A stretch of DNA of 64,000 bases from Alloascoidea hylecoeti. Its lineage: Eukaryota. The notes below the pieces were generated by a model. The model was not told the DNA's origin. It saw only the letters and a program-made list of their open reading frames with translations, and searched no databases. The stretch covers positions 788,613-852,612 of the forward strand of contig BCKZ01000001.1 in NCBI GenBank assembly GCA_001600815.1. The letters are read 5' to 3'. Made by a program: the position numbers and the translations under genes. Of this stretch, positions 36,252 through 48,792 are shown piece after piece. Position 1 is the first letter of the stretch, and each line of letters begins with the position of its first letter.

Positions 36252-37898
36252 ATGGTGGAGTCTCCAGAAACTAATACTCCAGTGACCTTATCTGGTACAG
36301 CTACACCAGTTAATGAGCAACAAACAATAGCAATTGATAAGCTAAACGAATTACCACTTGAAGAAGAAAAAAAACCAATTTCTGCTTATTTCACTGTAAC
36401 ATGTTTTGTGTTTTTAACAGCTTTTGGTGGCTTTGTTTTTGGCTGGGATACTGGTACAATTTCTGGTTTTGTTGCAATGGATGATTTCAAAAAAAGATTT
36501 GGTCAATATAAAAAGAGTACAGATGAATATTATTTATCCAATGTTCGTACAGGTTTAGTCGTCAGTATTTTTAATGTTGGTTGCGCTTTTGGTTCTATTT
36601 TCCTTGGTAAATTAGGTGATATGATGGGTAGAAGGAAAGCTATTATGTCAGTTACTATTATTTATATGGTTGGTATTCTTATTCAAATTACAAGCAATGA
36701 TAAATGGTATCAATACTTTATCGGTCGTATTATTTCAGGTGTCGCAGTTGGTGCCATTTCTGTATTATGTCCTATGATGATTGGTGAGACTGCTCCAAGA
36801 AATATAAGAGGCACGTTGGTTTCTATATATCAGTTAATGATTACTCTTGGTATTTTCTTGGGTTACTGTACAACATATGGTACAAAGTCTTATAGTAATT
36901 CTGCCCCTTGGAGAATTCCATTAGGTCTATGTTTTGCCTTCGCGATTCTTTTATTCCTTGGCATGATCATAATGCCTGAATCGCCACGTTATCTTGTTCA
37001 AGTAGGAAAAATGGACGAAGCTAGAAAGTCATTAGCAAGATCTAGTAATACCACTGCAGATGATCCAGCTATTTTTAAGGAAATTACTGATATCGACAAT
37101 GCTATTCAATATGAGAAATCACAAGGTAATGCAAGTTGGGGGGAACTAATTAGTGGTAAACCACATATATTTAGACGTGTTTTCACTGGTGTAATGCTTC
37201 AAGGTCTCCAACAATTGACAGGTAATAATTATTTTTTCTATTATGGTACCACAATTTTTGAAGCTGTTGGTTTAGAGGATTCTTTTGAAACCTCTATAAT
37301 TTTAGGTGTCGTTAACTTTGGTTCAACATTCTTTGGTATTTATATTGCTGATAAGATTGGAAGAAGAAAGATTCTTCTTTATGGTGCTGTTAGTATGTTT
37401 GTCTGTTTTGTTATATTTGCTTCAATTGGTACCAAGAGCTTATATCCTCATGGTAGAAATCATCCAGATGATACAAGCAAGTCAGTTGGTAATGGTATGA
37501 TATTTTTAGCTTGTCTTTTCATTTTCTGTTTTGCAAGTACATGGGCTCCAGTTTGTTTTGTGGTCATCTCAGAAATTTACCCAATTCGAATTAAGTCAAA
37601 AGCTATGGCTCTCGCAATGGCATCAAATTGGATGTGGGGTTTCCTTATTTCTTTCTTTACACCATTTATAACAAGTGCAATTGGATTTGCCTATGGTTAT
37701 GTCTTCACTGGATGCCTAGTTTTCGCAGCATTTTTCTGTTACTTCATTGTTCCAGAAACAAGAGGTTTATCTTTGGAACAAGTAGATGATCTTTATGCAG
37801 CTGATGTTAAGCCATGGAAATCTGAAGGTTGGGTACCACCTGTAAGAAAAAATAATTTCGATGAAGAATATAAGCACGAAGTTAGTAGTAGCGATTAA
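36252..37898 (+). CDS. MFS sugar porter, HXT-type hexose transporter (copy B)
   Basis: [45 protein letters not shown]; close paralog of copy A. Confidence 0.95.
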   Translation: MVESPETNTPVTLSGTATPVNEQQTIAIDKLNELPLEEEKKPISAYFTVTCFVFLTAFGGFVFGWDTGTISGFVAMDDFKKRFGQYKKSTDEYYLSNVRTGLVVSIFNVGCAFGSIFLGKLGDMMGRRKAIMSVTIIYMVGILIQITSNDKWYQYFIGRIISGVAVGAISVLCPMMIGETAPRNIRGTLVSIYQLMITLGIFLGYCTTYGTKSYSNSAPWRIPLGLCFAFAILLFLGMIIMPESPRYLVQVGKMDEARKSLARSSNTTADDPAIFKEITDIDNAIQYEKSQGNASWGELISGKPHIFRRVFTGVMLQGLQQLTGNNYFFYYGTTIFEAVGLEDSFETSIILGVVNFGSTFFGIYIADKIGRRKILLYGAVSMFVCFVIFASIGTKSLYPHGRNHPDDTSKSVGNGMIFLACLFIFCFASTWAPVCFVVISEIYPIRIKSKAMALAMASNWMWGFLISFFTPFITSAIGFAYGYVFTGCLVFAAFFCYFIVPETRGLSLEQVDDLYAADVKPWKSEGWVPPVRKNNFDEEYKHEVSSSD

Positions 37899-38975
37899 AT
37901 TTAATTGTTAGTTTCCTATTTTTATATATATATATATGACTGTTGTTCTGGAATGTTTACTATTCCTAATAGTAAAAACAGTCTATTTACTGTTTTTACA
38001 TTGTTTAACTTAATTTAAATTTAAATTTGATTTACGACTTGAAAATTTTGCTATCAGGAGCTGGTTTCATATATAAGACTATAGTGCTATAAGCTTATAT
38101 TTGTAAATGTATGTAACAAAAAAGCATTACGTGTCTATAATACACATATGACTACCTATTTATTACTTTATAAAAACAGAGCATATGTAATTAACTTCAT
38201 GGAATCTTGATCAATACATATGCATTATCTTTAGATCTAACGATTTACTAATATTAAATTATAAGGCCACAGTCTTGCTTTACGTGTATGGCTGTTTATA
38301 TCCAGTTTTTCCTTATTATTGATGGAGTACAACTCTTGGAAGAACTTTATAACAGTTCCAATGAGGATTTCTACTATTAAGATTTTAACGTACGTTAACT
38401 ATGGGCCCTAATATTAAACTTATAGCTAAAAATGGATCACTAATTTTGCTGTGGCATGTATAATAAAATTATTCTCCTCCATTGGATCCCTAGTCATTTC
38501 ATCAATAACAATCTTTCTAACATGTGTGACATTGTGTGCTAATGTTTAGTATTAATAACTTTCATGAGAGAAGTAGATATTTCTATATATGGTATTATGT
38601 ATAGTTGCATGCATATATTATGGTGCTAAAACTAGCGCTCAGAAAAAAGTTGTGAAGTAATTAATCTAATACATTAAAGAATTATAAGGTCAGCAGAATA
38701 AAAAATGATCGGTATTTTGAATGAAGATATTACGGTATTTTGGAATTTCAATTATCGTCTCAAAAGATTATTGGCGTTGCTGTAAACTATACAACGTAAC
38801 CTTTCCGCTGCCTAGCTAAATGTTTTAGTATTCATATGCATATGCATATAAAGTGCCGATTTGTGCCTTAATTAAGCAGCCTACATACACTATTTTGGCA
38901 ATGTGCCCGCTAAACATCCATTCACCCATATTTAATCAATAAATGAAAATGCTAGATAAGTTGACAAACATTAAC

Positions 38976-39533
38976 ATGTCCAACACTCAACAACGAAGAA
39001 CAAGAAATACTCTTGCCAGGCAACCAGATCTTGGTGATTTTTTCTCTATGGATAGATCATCATCGGATCATAACCAAGTGAGAAGAAGCGATGTATTACA
39101 ATTAGAAAAGTATGTCAATGTGGCGACTATATTTGTTTGAATTCTAACACAAGAATACAGTGCTCTTCGAAATTTTGATGAAGATAATCCAATTGTGCGG
39201 TCACTTCTAGAACAGCTTTCAGCAGAACAACCATCAAAAATGTCAGGTGTTGATCAATACTTTCTTGATTCTTTGGATCGCGTCCCTAAAAAGAAATTAA
39301 AACATTCTGATTCTTGCCCTATATGCTCAACAGATTTCTTGGAAGATCAGTATCCTTTAGTAGTACAATTGCCTTGTGATAGCCGCCATATTTTTGATCT
39401 TGAATGTATAGGACCATGGCTTAAAGTTCATGCTACATGCCCTATATGCCGAAAAGATGTCCTTGCTAAGAAGGAAATCGATGTTCCCCAAGATGACGAA
39501 AAAGAGGAAGAGGGATGGGATATGTATGGGTAA
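38976..39533 (+). CDS. Small RING-H2 protein (YBR062C-like); exons 38976-39109 and 39161-39533
   Basis: CPIC...LPC..H.FDLECIGPWL....CPICR, C-terminal WDMYG; 51-nt intron GTATGT/TTCTAAC/CAG joins the two listed ORFs in frame. Confidence 0.88.
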
Positions 39534-39711
39534 TATTGCAAATTGTATTTATAGATGTATCTTAATTAGAAATTTTCTTTTTAAATTTATCATTATGGAC
39601 TAATAGTTTATCTATTTACAGAATGTCGATCCAATATACCTAACGTATCTATGTTATTCATTATATAGTTAAAAGTGATAACAGTATAGTGTTTTCAGAT
39701 ATTAATGATCA

Positions 39712-41253
39712 TTAAGAAGTTTCCGTAGAATCTTTAACCTTATTAAGCTTTGTCACACTTTCTTTGTTTTTTGATTTTGTCTCAGTAGTTTCGGTAGAGA
39801 TTATTTTGGGTCCAGATTCTCCATCTATTGTTTCTGACACTTCAATAATAGGCTTGGATTCTATTGGCTTCGATTCAGTGTGTGTTGGCTCATTTGGGTT
39901 TGATGGAGTTCGTTTTGGTTCAATTGGCTTAGATTCATTTTGTTTAACTTCAATCGGATTAGATTCTATTGATTGTGCTTCAACAGCAGGTTTAACTTCT
40001 AACGGGGTTGCATCCTTATTGGCTTCTTTTGACTTTGAGTTATCAGAAATCGTAGAAGCGTTAGACTCAGTTTCTACAGGTTTTGATTCCTTAATACTCT
40101 CGGGGGATTTGGAGCTATTTTTTATGGGTTGAGATTCATCAACAAATTCAACTTTTATAGGTGGAACTTCTTTAAACTCAGCCGATTCCACTTTCTTAGA
40201 GGTAGTAGAAGTTTCTACAGGCTTTGTGGTTTTAACTTCAGACACTGTTTCAACCATTGTAGGCTTTGATTCCTTAATTACTTCAGAAGATGTTGCATTT
40301 TTAGATACTGTAGCAGTCTTAGAATCGGTTTCCACTGGTTTCGATTTCTTAGTATTTCTAGAAGAATCTGAAGCTGCTTCACTATTTATTGGCTTATGTT
40401 CTTTGGTGGCACTTGCCTCTTTTGGTTTCTTGGATGTTGAAGTATTAGCCTTTGTTGATTCAGTTCGAGTGGTGGTTGTATCAGGTTTAGCAACGCTTTT
40501 ATCTTTATCTAAATGCTTTTTAAATACTGGATTTTCAAGTAATTCTTGAACTCTCTGGGCAACCATCATATTGTTATTATTACCAAAATGGACATACTTG
40601 GGAATAGGGACATCATCTCTAGCGGTTTCAAGTTTAACATTTTCCATTTCTTTTCCAACACCTATGCTCTCTTGGGAATAAACATTTGCCTTTACACCAA
40701 CAGCTGGCATAGCATTCTTCGATAAGAATGACAACCAAATATCCACAACCTCTGGATGGGCATCATATACTCGAATCAATCTCTTATGAGTTCGACGTTC
40801 AAAATTTTCCTTCACTTTGGCATTAATGAAATGTGATTTAATAACGGTCCATCTTTCGCGTCTGGTTTTCATTGGGATAACACCACTCAATGGAATATTT
40901 AAGTAATAACCCGCCCTCAGAGCAAAATCTGCGAAAAAATCAAGATTTTCTGGATCATAAGATCTGAGAGATAATTCACATACCAAATCATTATGTGTTG
41001 GTTCATGTCTAATAGGTGCATAGTAGTTCAGTTCAACGTTAATTGGTATAAGTGAGTCTGGACCTTTTATAATTTCTTCACTTGAAAAGACCTTAGGCTG
41101 GTATTTTTGCAAAGTAAATTCCTCTTTGGGAGCAGTTGATGTATTCTTTTTCAAAATCAGGCTAAATGAGGAGAAAGAAGCAGATGCAGAACAAGTGACA
41201 TTCCTTATCACACCAGTTTGATACCCTGTCGGTCTTAACACGCAACGTAACAT
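39712..41253 (-). CDS. RSM10: Mitochondrial ribosomal protein uS10m with long repetitive C-terminal extension; likely start MLRCVL at 41253
   Basis: NVELNYYAP, LRSYD..NLDFFADFALRAGYYL.IP, ERWTVIKS.F..AK.KENFERRTHKRLI. Confidence 0.9.
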   Translation of the reverse strand: MLRCVLRPTGYQTGVIRNVTCSASASFSSFSLILKKNTSTAPKEEFTLQKYQPKVFSSEEIIKGPDSLIPINVELNYYAPIRHEPTHNDLVCELSLRSYDPENLDFFADFALRAGYYLNIPLSGVIPMKTRRERWTVIKSHFINAKVKENFERRTHKRLIRVYDAHPEVVDIWLSFLSKNAMPAVGVKANVYSQESIGVGKEMENVKLETARDDVPIPKYVHFGNNNNMMVAQRVQELLENPVFKKHLDKDKSVAKPDTTTTRTESTKANTSTSKKPKEASATKEHKPINSEAASDSSRNTKKSKPVETDSKTATVSKNATSSEVIKESKPTMVETVSEVKTTKPVETSTTSKKVESAEFKEVPPIKVEFVDESQPIKNSSKSPESIKESKPVETESNASTISDNSKSKEANKDATPLEVKPAVEAQSIESNPIEVKQNESKPIEPKRTPSNPNEPTHTESKPIESKPIIEVSETIDGESGPKIISTETTETKSKNKESVTKLNKVKDSTETS

Positions 41254-41342
41254 TATTTTCACCTGGCTAATAATGGTATATTCAAAATCCAACTGGTTTA
41301 CCTTCACTTTTGGAGGTTTGTGAAAAACTCAAGTCTGAATGA

Positions 41343-41365
41343 TTACCCGGCATATATCACATGAC
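41343..41365. promoter_or_regulatory. Reb1-type TTACCCG plus TCACATGAC element in the RSM10/TRM7 bidirectional promoter
   Basis: gaTTACCCGgcatataTCACATGAC in a ~170-bp divergent spacer. Confidence 0.55.
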
Positions 41366-41424
41366 TACGTTTCATGGAAGCCAAAATTTTATAATTACCA
41401 GATCTAGAAGAAATCATATAAAAG

Positions 41425-42416
41425 ATGGGCAAAAGTAGTAAAGACAAACGAGATCTATATTATAGGTAAGATTTTAGATTATTTGTATAGATAATTGGAA
41501 ATGTTGTGGCTTACTCTAGCCTTATAGGAAAGCCAAGGAAGAAGGTTGGAGAGCTCGATCAGCATTCAAGCTTCTACAGTTAAATGATCAGTTCAATTTA
41601 TTTGAAGGAGTACGAAGGGTAGTCGACTTGTGTGCCGCTCCTGGATCTTGGAGTCAGGTTCTATCTCGGCAATTATTTGAGAATTATAAGCCCGAACAAG
41701 ATCATGACCACCAAACCCCACCAAAGATCGTAGCAGTTGACCTTCAGCCAATGGCACCAATACCAGGTGTAATCACACTACAGGCCGATATCACCCATCC
41801 ACGAACATTAACCAGAATCTTAGATATATTTGGAGGCGAGCCCGCCGATTTTGTTTGTTCGGATGGTGCCCCAGATGTTACTGGATTGCACGACTTGGAC
41901 GAATATATTCAAGCTCAATTGATCTTATCTGCTCTACAGCTAACAACTTGCTTGCTACGACCGGGTGGTGCCTTTGTTGCGAAAATATTCAGAGGAAGAG
42001 ATATCGATTTATTATATTCGCAGCTAGGCTTCCTGTTCGAAAAAATTGTTTGTGCCAAACCAAGGTCATCAAGAGGAAGTTCTCTGGAGTCATTCATTGT
42101 TTGTATCGGCTACAAGCCTCGGCCGGGATGGGAGCCTCGTCTCAAGTTACAGGAAAATGTTAGCACCGAAGAGTTCTTTGAGGGTAGCGATATTGGAAGA
42201 TCTACGCTAGTTGAAACCCTCCAAATGCCGTTAGAAGAGCGTGTGGTGGCTCCTTTTATTGCCTGTGGGGATTTGTCTGAGTATGATTCCGATGCCACAT
42301 ACACAATCGAAGATGGAGAGAAAAAGAGTAGTTTAGATCCTGTTCAATCTCCCACGGCCCCGCCATACAAGCGGGCTTTGGAGATGAAAAGACGGGGAGA
42401 AATTAGAAAACGATGA
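41425..42416 (+). CDS. TRM7: tRNA (C32/G34) 2'-O-methyltransferase; exons 41425-41465 and 41528-42416
   Basis: [66 protein letters not shown]; intron GTAAGA..TAG. Confidence 0.96.
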
Positions 42417-42684
42417 TAATAATATAACCCAATTGCAACAGAAATTTGTCACACACACACCCAAAAAGAGAACACAAAAATTTAACTGGCCATCCCCACA
42501 ATCGTAATATTTTAAATTTTAAGCTTTCTATAGTAACACATCAAATCAAACACCTCTTTGCTTGTATTCGTAGTTGTGTTGTTGACTGTAACTTAAATAA
42601 TTGCGGTGAATCCGGAGCTTACAGCATTGCATACCTCCACTATTCCTCTTCTTTTTTCTGTAATAGTATTCTTCTACACAAACG

Positions 42685-44127
42685 ATGGGAAGACCGAGAG
42701 TACGTTTATTAAAGAAGCACTTCTACATTCAGCCCACGCTAACAACCTATTCAGTTAATTATATTAGTGAGACATGGAGAATCCGAGGGAAACTGTAAGT
42801 TAAATACCCACTGTTCATGAACTTATATTAAGGACACAAAGAGAATATAAACTACATGTTATAATTATGTACCCAGATTTCTAAAGGTTTGACTGTCCGG
42901 TAAATGTGCCCCATCTCATGTTTATCTAAAACCGATGACACATTTTGTAACATTCTAACATTGATTATGAATTAAAGGTGACAAGTCGGTTAATAGGCAC
43001 ACCCCCAACCATAAAATCCCACTCACGGAAAGAGGACACAAACAAGCTCTCAATGCTGGTGAGAGATTAAACTCGTTATTGAACCCTGATGATAAAGTTC
43101 TATTTTACACTTCGCCTTATCTTCGCACAAGACAAACAACAAATGGCATGCTATCAGTCCTGAAAGAAAACAATGTGAGTTACCGCGTCCATGAAGAGCC
43201 AAGAATGAGGGAACAAGATTTTGGGAATTTTCAGGCAGAGCCTCAGGAAATGGAAAGAATTTGGGCAGAAAGGGCGCATTATGGTCATTTGTAAGTTCAT
43301 TGCAATTGTGCTGATTAAGTTTTAAAATCCCACAATTATATCTACTAACAATTAATGTTATAATTACTAGTTTTTATCGCATCCCCAATGGTGAATCTGT
43401 AAGTTGTCCAATGTAGAGATATTTTTCTCGCATTTTACTATTTTTCACCACTAACGATTATAATTATAGGCTGCAGATGTCTTTGACCGATGCTCAGGAT
43501 TCAACGAAACATTATTCAGACAATTCAACAGTGTAAGCAGTACTTATATACACCAGGTCTAAATCCATTATATGAATTAAACTAATAGGTATTTAGGATA
43601 AATTTCCAAGTGTTTTGGTTTTGGTAGCTCATGGAATCTGGGTTAGGGTATTCTTAATGAAATGGTTTCGTTGGTCGGTAGAACAATTTGAATCTCTTCG
43701 TAATGTACGACATTGTGAATTTCTGGTAATGCAAAAAAAGAAAGATTCACATAAGTTTGATCTTATTACTAAAATGAAAACTTGGGATGATGTGAATGTG
43801 GATGAACTTTGTGTGGGCTGTCCTTCAAATTTCAGAGAGATTGCTTATAGCGAGAATGGTAAAACATATACAAATGATTCTATTTCGAATATAAAAGATA
43901 AGAAGCTCGCAAATATAAAAAGACTCAAAACTTTGGAAAATTTACAAGAAATGGCAGAAAACGGTGTCCAAGTTGTGCCTCGACCAAAACGATCTATGAA
44001 CTCGAAACCGACAGGTATGGCAACATTTCAATTTGTTGATGAAGAAGCTGATGAGCTACAAAAAGAAAAGGATGAGAAAATCAAAGCAATGTATAAAAAT
44101 ATCGTTAACAGAAAAGACGGCTATTAA
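42685..44127 (+). CDS. DET1: Histidine phosphatase, phosphoglycerate-mutase-like; exons 42685-42699, 42755-42794, 42978-43290, 43371-43398, 43470-43532, 43597-44127
   Basis: Spliced MGRPRLIILVRHGESEGN, FYTSPYLRTRQT, EPRMREQDFGNFQ, YGHFFYRIPNGESAADVFDR, VLVLVAHGIW.RVFLMKWFRW; all five introns have GT..CTAA(C/T)..AG and consistent phases. Confidence 0.9.
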
Positions 44128-45491
44128 TATATTAATATGTTAAATATTTGATAAAGACATAAACATATGGGTAATTATATATATCATTTGATGTTCATGT
44201 TGGAAACACATGGAACATGAAACTGGAGTACAAATAATTTTGAATAGAAGACAGTTCAAGAGACTCGTAAATGTGTACCTTACCGTTATTGCGTATACCG
44301 TACAATATCATCAAATATGCGTTAGGAATTGACTTTAGACATTATTTTAATAGTGTATGAGAAATTGAGATGCCGGTACAACCCCCTTATTTATCTATTG
44401 TTCTCGACAACCAATAGCGTTCTTTTTGCTAGGTATCCTAGTGACTATTGACTAATATACGCAATTATTTTGATTTATCGCCTAGGAGAACGATGTTTCT
44501 CAGGAGTAGCCATGAGTTTGCTACACTTCCAATAATTGTTTGTCGCATGTACCACCAATTACAGAAGATATTACCTTATATGATTAAAGTTTGATCCACT
44601 CTGTAACAAAAAATACCGCCTCTGAGGTCTTTAAATCATTAAATTCGTAGTTGGTAAAACAGTTATGAAGATTGAAACAAAGTTAGAATGGTGAAGCAGC
44701 GATATTATCAATGGCAATCGCAACGTTGACCTTACAATTATTGTCAACCATACTCTACTAGTATCATCTGCATCGTCAGTGATTCGTCACCAACAGGAAA
44801 GAAAGCACTTAGCTGGCACTTGACTCTGAAAACCTAAAACCTTTAACTGACACCTATATTTCATCTGGTGATTCCCCATAAAAAGCTCGAGCGCGTACTA
44901 CATTAATAATAATATAATTATAACAAAAGAAATATTTTACTATATCCTGTTAATTGAGCCTAAACTTATGGATAAATGGAAAAGTTTTCCAGGTCATAAA
45001 ATGTTAGATGGTATAAGTTAAAGCAGAAATAAACAGATGCCGCATAATTTTATTAATTTATATGAACTGTACTGCTCTCTCCCCTTTCTCCGAGAAAAAC
45101 AATAAACAAATGAAAAAATATAACTAATAATAGAAATATGATCATGAAGAAAAATCAAAGTAAAATTACATATAGGTATATTAATAGCAAACGAAAGTAG
45201 AAACCGAGTCTATATATGAAAAAATATTCTAACCAGTACAGTAATGTAAAATTTGACACCAATAATTAATACCCTAGCGAAAAAAGAAAAAATACAAAAA
45301 GAGTTACAAACGCATCATTTCTCCCCTTTCTCCCTAAATATATACAGTTATGGATAGGTCTTAATTATAAGCCTGTTTGGAAATACCTTCTTAATTGAGA
45401 TCAATGTATCATCCGAAATTCTGAAATTTCCATTGGGCAAAACTGTAGACAAAAACTAAATATGTGCTTTCAAATGGTAGTTACAGTATAT

Positions 45492-46904
45492 TTATTTTGG
45501 ATCAATCGTTTTCGATATCATGAAATTGACATTGTGTTTCGTCATCGGAGTGGGAATTGATAGTGGCTGTGTACTCGAAACCTCTGATATAGATGAAGAG
45601 CTTGACTCCAATATTGAAGGTTCTTCCATTTTAGTATCCTGTATCGCTTCAAGTGGAGGTAAAAGTCTCCTGTCTTCGTGCAGCGAAGGATCAGTTCGTT
45701 CTTTGGCCTTTAAGAATTGCTGTTGTCTTATTTGGTCCCGAGGCTGTTGCTCCGAACTATGTGGTGGAGCAGAAAATGGTGACTGAGGGGAGGGCATACT
45801 TTGTAGCTGAAGCTTTAAGACCCGGGGAGGACTCTTATTGATAATGGGTTCCTGTATAAACTGTTGAGATATGTGCATGGAAGATTCTGATCCTTGGTTG
45901 ATAGGTCGTGGTATCCGCCTAGGTGATGAAGCCACAGTCACTGGAATGGGTGATGATATACCTCCTTTAGTTCGTGAGGAAGGTGTCAGTTTTGGTGATT
46001 TCAGTTGCTCCAATCCTCCATTTTCAAGTGTTGACCTTCTTCTTTTTTGTTTCGATTCAGAGATTGGACGTTCTTCTGGGTGCCAGTGATGAAATTGAAT
46101 ACCTTGAGTTGGTGCAGTTGTTGTTGATAGATGTAATATACCGATAGTTGGACCACTGGGAGTATTCGAACAGTCTTTGGTCTGGCCCATCTTGCAGTTT
46201 CTCTTGAAATTTCCAACATCTGAAGGAGAAAAGGGATTATCGCCAAAAGGTCCGATAGTCGATGAAGTATTTGGTCTATGGGTATTTAATGTACTGGTAT
46301 TTACACCATATCTAACCTGTGCCATATCCTGCTGTTGAGGTGGGGGTTGAAATGGCTGAGTATTATACTTCTGTGGCTGTTGAGATTCTTGATCTACTCT
46401 GACAACATTATTAGATGTAGGGAGATATTCCTGTAAAGTGTTCTCCATACCCTGGGGCAAAGGGGGAGATTGACCCTGTGCTGATACCTGCTCACTGAAT
46501 AAATAGGGCACTAACTGGGGTGGGATGTTATAGTTCAACGCTGCCTGAAATAGCTCAATCGTTTTCTGTTGGCGCAACAACTTATAGGATTCTTGCTTTG
46601 TGCGCTCCTGTTCTATTCGTAGACGGATGGACATCTGAAGAGTTTCCTCAGAGTATGGCCAAGACGACATTGCAATTCCCAACAAATAATTAATAGTAGA
46701 GTCTTGTTGTTCATTTTGATAGGAGGTTTGAGGATCCAGAGAAGGGGACTGGTCTTGTTGGAATTGTTGTTCAGGTCTCAATTGAGGTTGTGTTTGAGCT
46801 GTAGCACTAACAGATAGCTGGGGTTGTAGTGGTGCTGGAGTCGGTACAAAAGGTGGAGGAAATTGATACGAGGATTGAGAATCGATTTTAGGAGGTATAG
46901 CCAT
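45492..46904 (-). CDS. Q/P/S-rich fungal protein with a short conserved core (possibly Bop3-like)
   Basis: 470-aa ORF; EQERTKQE...IPPQLVPYLF and QFHHW motifs; family call from recollection only. Confidence 0.7.
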   Translation of the reverse strand: MAIPPKIDSQSSYQFPPPFVPTPAPLQPQLSVSATAQTQPQLRPEQQFQQDQSPSLDPQTSYQNEQQDSTINYLLGIAMSSWPYSEETLQMSIRLRIEQERTKQESYKLLRQQKTIELFQAALNYNIPPQLVPYLFSEQVSAQGQSPPLPQGMENTLQEYLPTSNNVVRVDQESQQPQKYNTQPFQPPPQQQDMAQVRYGVNTSTLNTHRPNTSSTIGPFGDNPFSPSDVGNFKRNCKMGQTKDCSNTPSGPTIGILHLSTTTAPTQGIQFHHWHPEERPISESKQKRRRSTLENGGLEQLKSPKLTPSSRTKGGISSPIPVTVASSPRRIPRPINQGSESSMHISQQFIQEPIINKSPPRVLKLQLQSMPSPQSPFSAPPHSSEQQPRDQIRQQQFLKAKERTDPSLHEDRRLLPPLEAIQDTKMEEPSILESSSSSISEVSSTQPLSIPTPMTKHNVNFMISKTIDPK

Positions 46905-48725
46905 AGATTGTTAATTAGTTAAAGTGTTGGATAAGTGTGGAGATTGTCTATTAATATGCTTTGCAGAGATCTCAGTTATGGACGATCGAGAGTATTAGTA
47001 TTATGATATATATGGACATTAAAAATGTTTCATGTATATATACGGTTGTAAAGAGAATAATGGTATTTTGATAAACAAAGTCTAGAAGTTGGATTGATAA
47101 ATGTTTAAATAGAATATTATAGCTTGGAACTATATTGGATATATCAATATTGTATACGTATTGTCTGATTTCCGGAAGCGCCCAAGAATATCGAAATTAA
47201 TAAGGGTTTAAAGAATGAAAACAGAAAAGGAGAGAAATCGTGTCCTTTTATTTATCAATTGGTAAACATAATCCCAAAAAGCAATAATAAGCATACTATT
47301 ATTTCCAGGGAAATAATAAAAGTGGAAGGATCTTCTTCATTTATTATAATCTTCCACATTTCTAGGTATTGTGCATAAATATCATTTACATTTTTGTTCG
47401 CCTATCAGACCTAAAATGGGTGGGTTGATAAAAATGATCCCAAATAGGATCAGTAAATGAATTCATTTAATGCAGAATTGGATTTGCAAATAATCTTTTA
47501 GATGAGCGGAACCTTTTACAATTGAATTTATTTGTAAAGCGTTAACGCATAAGAATTTTTTGATGTGCATGTGCAGTCATCGCGATCGCGAATTCATGGA
47601 TGCATATGTGTAATTTTTAAAAAGCCCATGGCCATGTATTTTCAAGTTCATGATGTTCTTAGATTGTAAGAGTTATATTTATAGACTCTTCCTCATCAAA
47701 TTTAGTTGTTAATAACTTCATATACCTAATAGGCTGATAGGTAAAAATAAGCATTATAATAAATAATTGGATGCTGTTGTTCAATGGGTATATGAAGCTT
47801 ATAATAATATATCATCTACATTAACATTAATATTGTTCACCTTATAAATTTAACGAGATGACGTACGGGTAGAATGTATGATTTTTTCATCACTAATTAT
47901 ATGGTATAAGGCTTATATATGTAAATTCATACTTATAAGTGTGTGTATAATTAAATATACCTATAGAACTCAACCCCACTGATTCAGGTTTAATAGACTT
48001 ACACTCTAGCTCTAAGTGCTTATATTTAACTACTTAGGTCTAGATCAATGTTACATGTAGGCCTATAGTTAAATCAGAACTATGTAACAGATTGCTAAGC
48101 GTTCTTGATTATGAGTTTTGATCTTTCTTAAAAAATAATTCAAACCGTTATGTTAAATTAACAATTTCTGGTATTTAATTATAATAATCGATATAAGTCA
48201 ATATCTCTATTAAACTATATTATTGCTATAGCTAGCTTTATCATCAATGATGTAAAAAAATATCACAAAAACAAGCAAACTGGTGTATGGAATGCGTACA
48301 TAACTGTTAACAATTTGACATAATACATCACTTACTTATAGGAATGTTCTACTAACGTTCGCACAACATTTTGAATTATAAATTAAATCTATGCTTAAGG
48401 TCTTGGATTATATAAATACTATAGTAACATACTGCCATTTATATAGGCTTAGGGCGATAATAGTGACTAATTAGTGTATTTAAATTTATATAACTATAGA
48501 TAAGACATATAATTATAACAAATTCTCAAGAGACTTCCAGTGTATATAATCTGAAGTATCATCTTAAATATAATGTGTATACATATTGGCCTATAACTGA
48601 TCGTGTATAAGCAAACCCAGGTCTAATAGCGTAGGAATTTTCAGTAACTTAGCTGCCACTGTTGCATATCTATACCGGTATATAGTGTATGAAAATAAGT
48701 TATTGAAACTAATTAATTAAGTTTT

Positions 48726-48792
48726 AAGTGTCTGTTTCTCCCAGTTACGCCAAAAAGTCAATCGACTCTTTGTGAACAGTTTTAAGAGTGTA
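48726..48792 (-). mobile_element. Probable DNA-transposon terminal repeat, copy 2
   Basis: Reverse-complement match to 20560-20626, ending GAGTG-TA. Confidence 0.6.

Noticed and set aside
39764..40549. Antisense ORFs over RSM10 (also those over MTC1, TRK1, URA2)
   Set aside because: Shadow frames of real genes.
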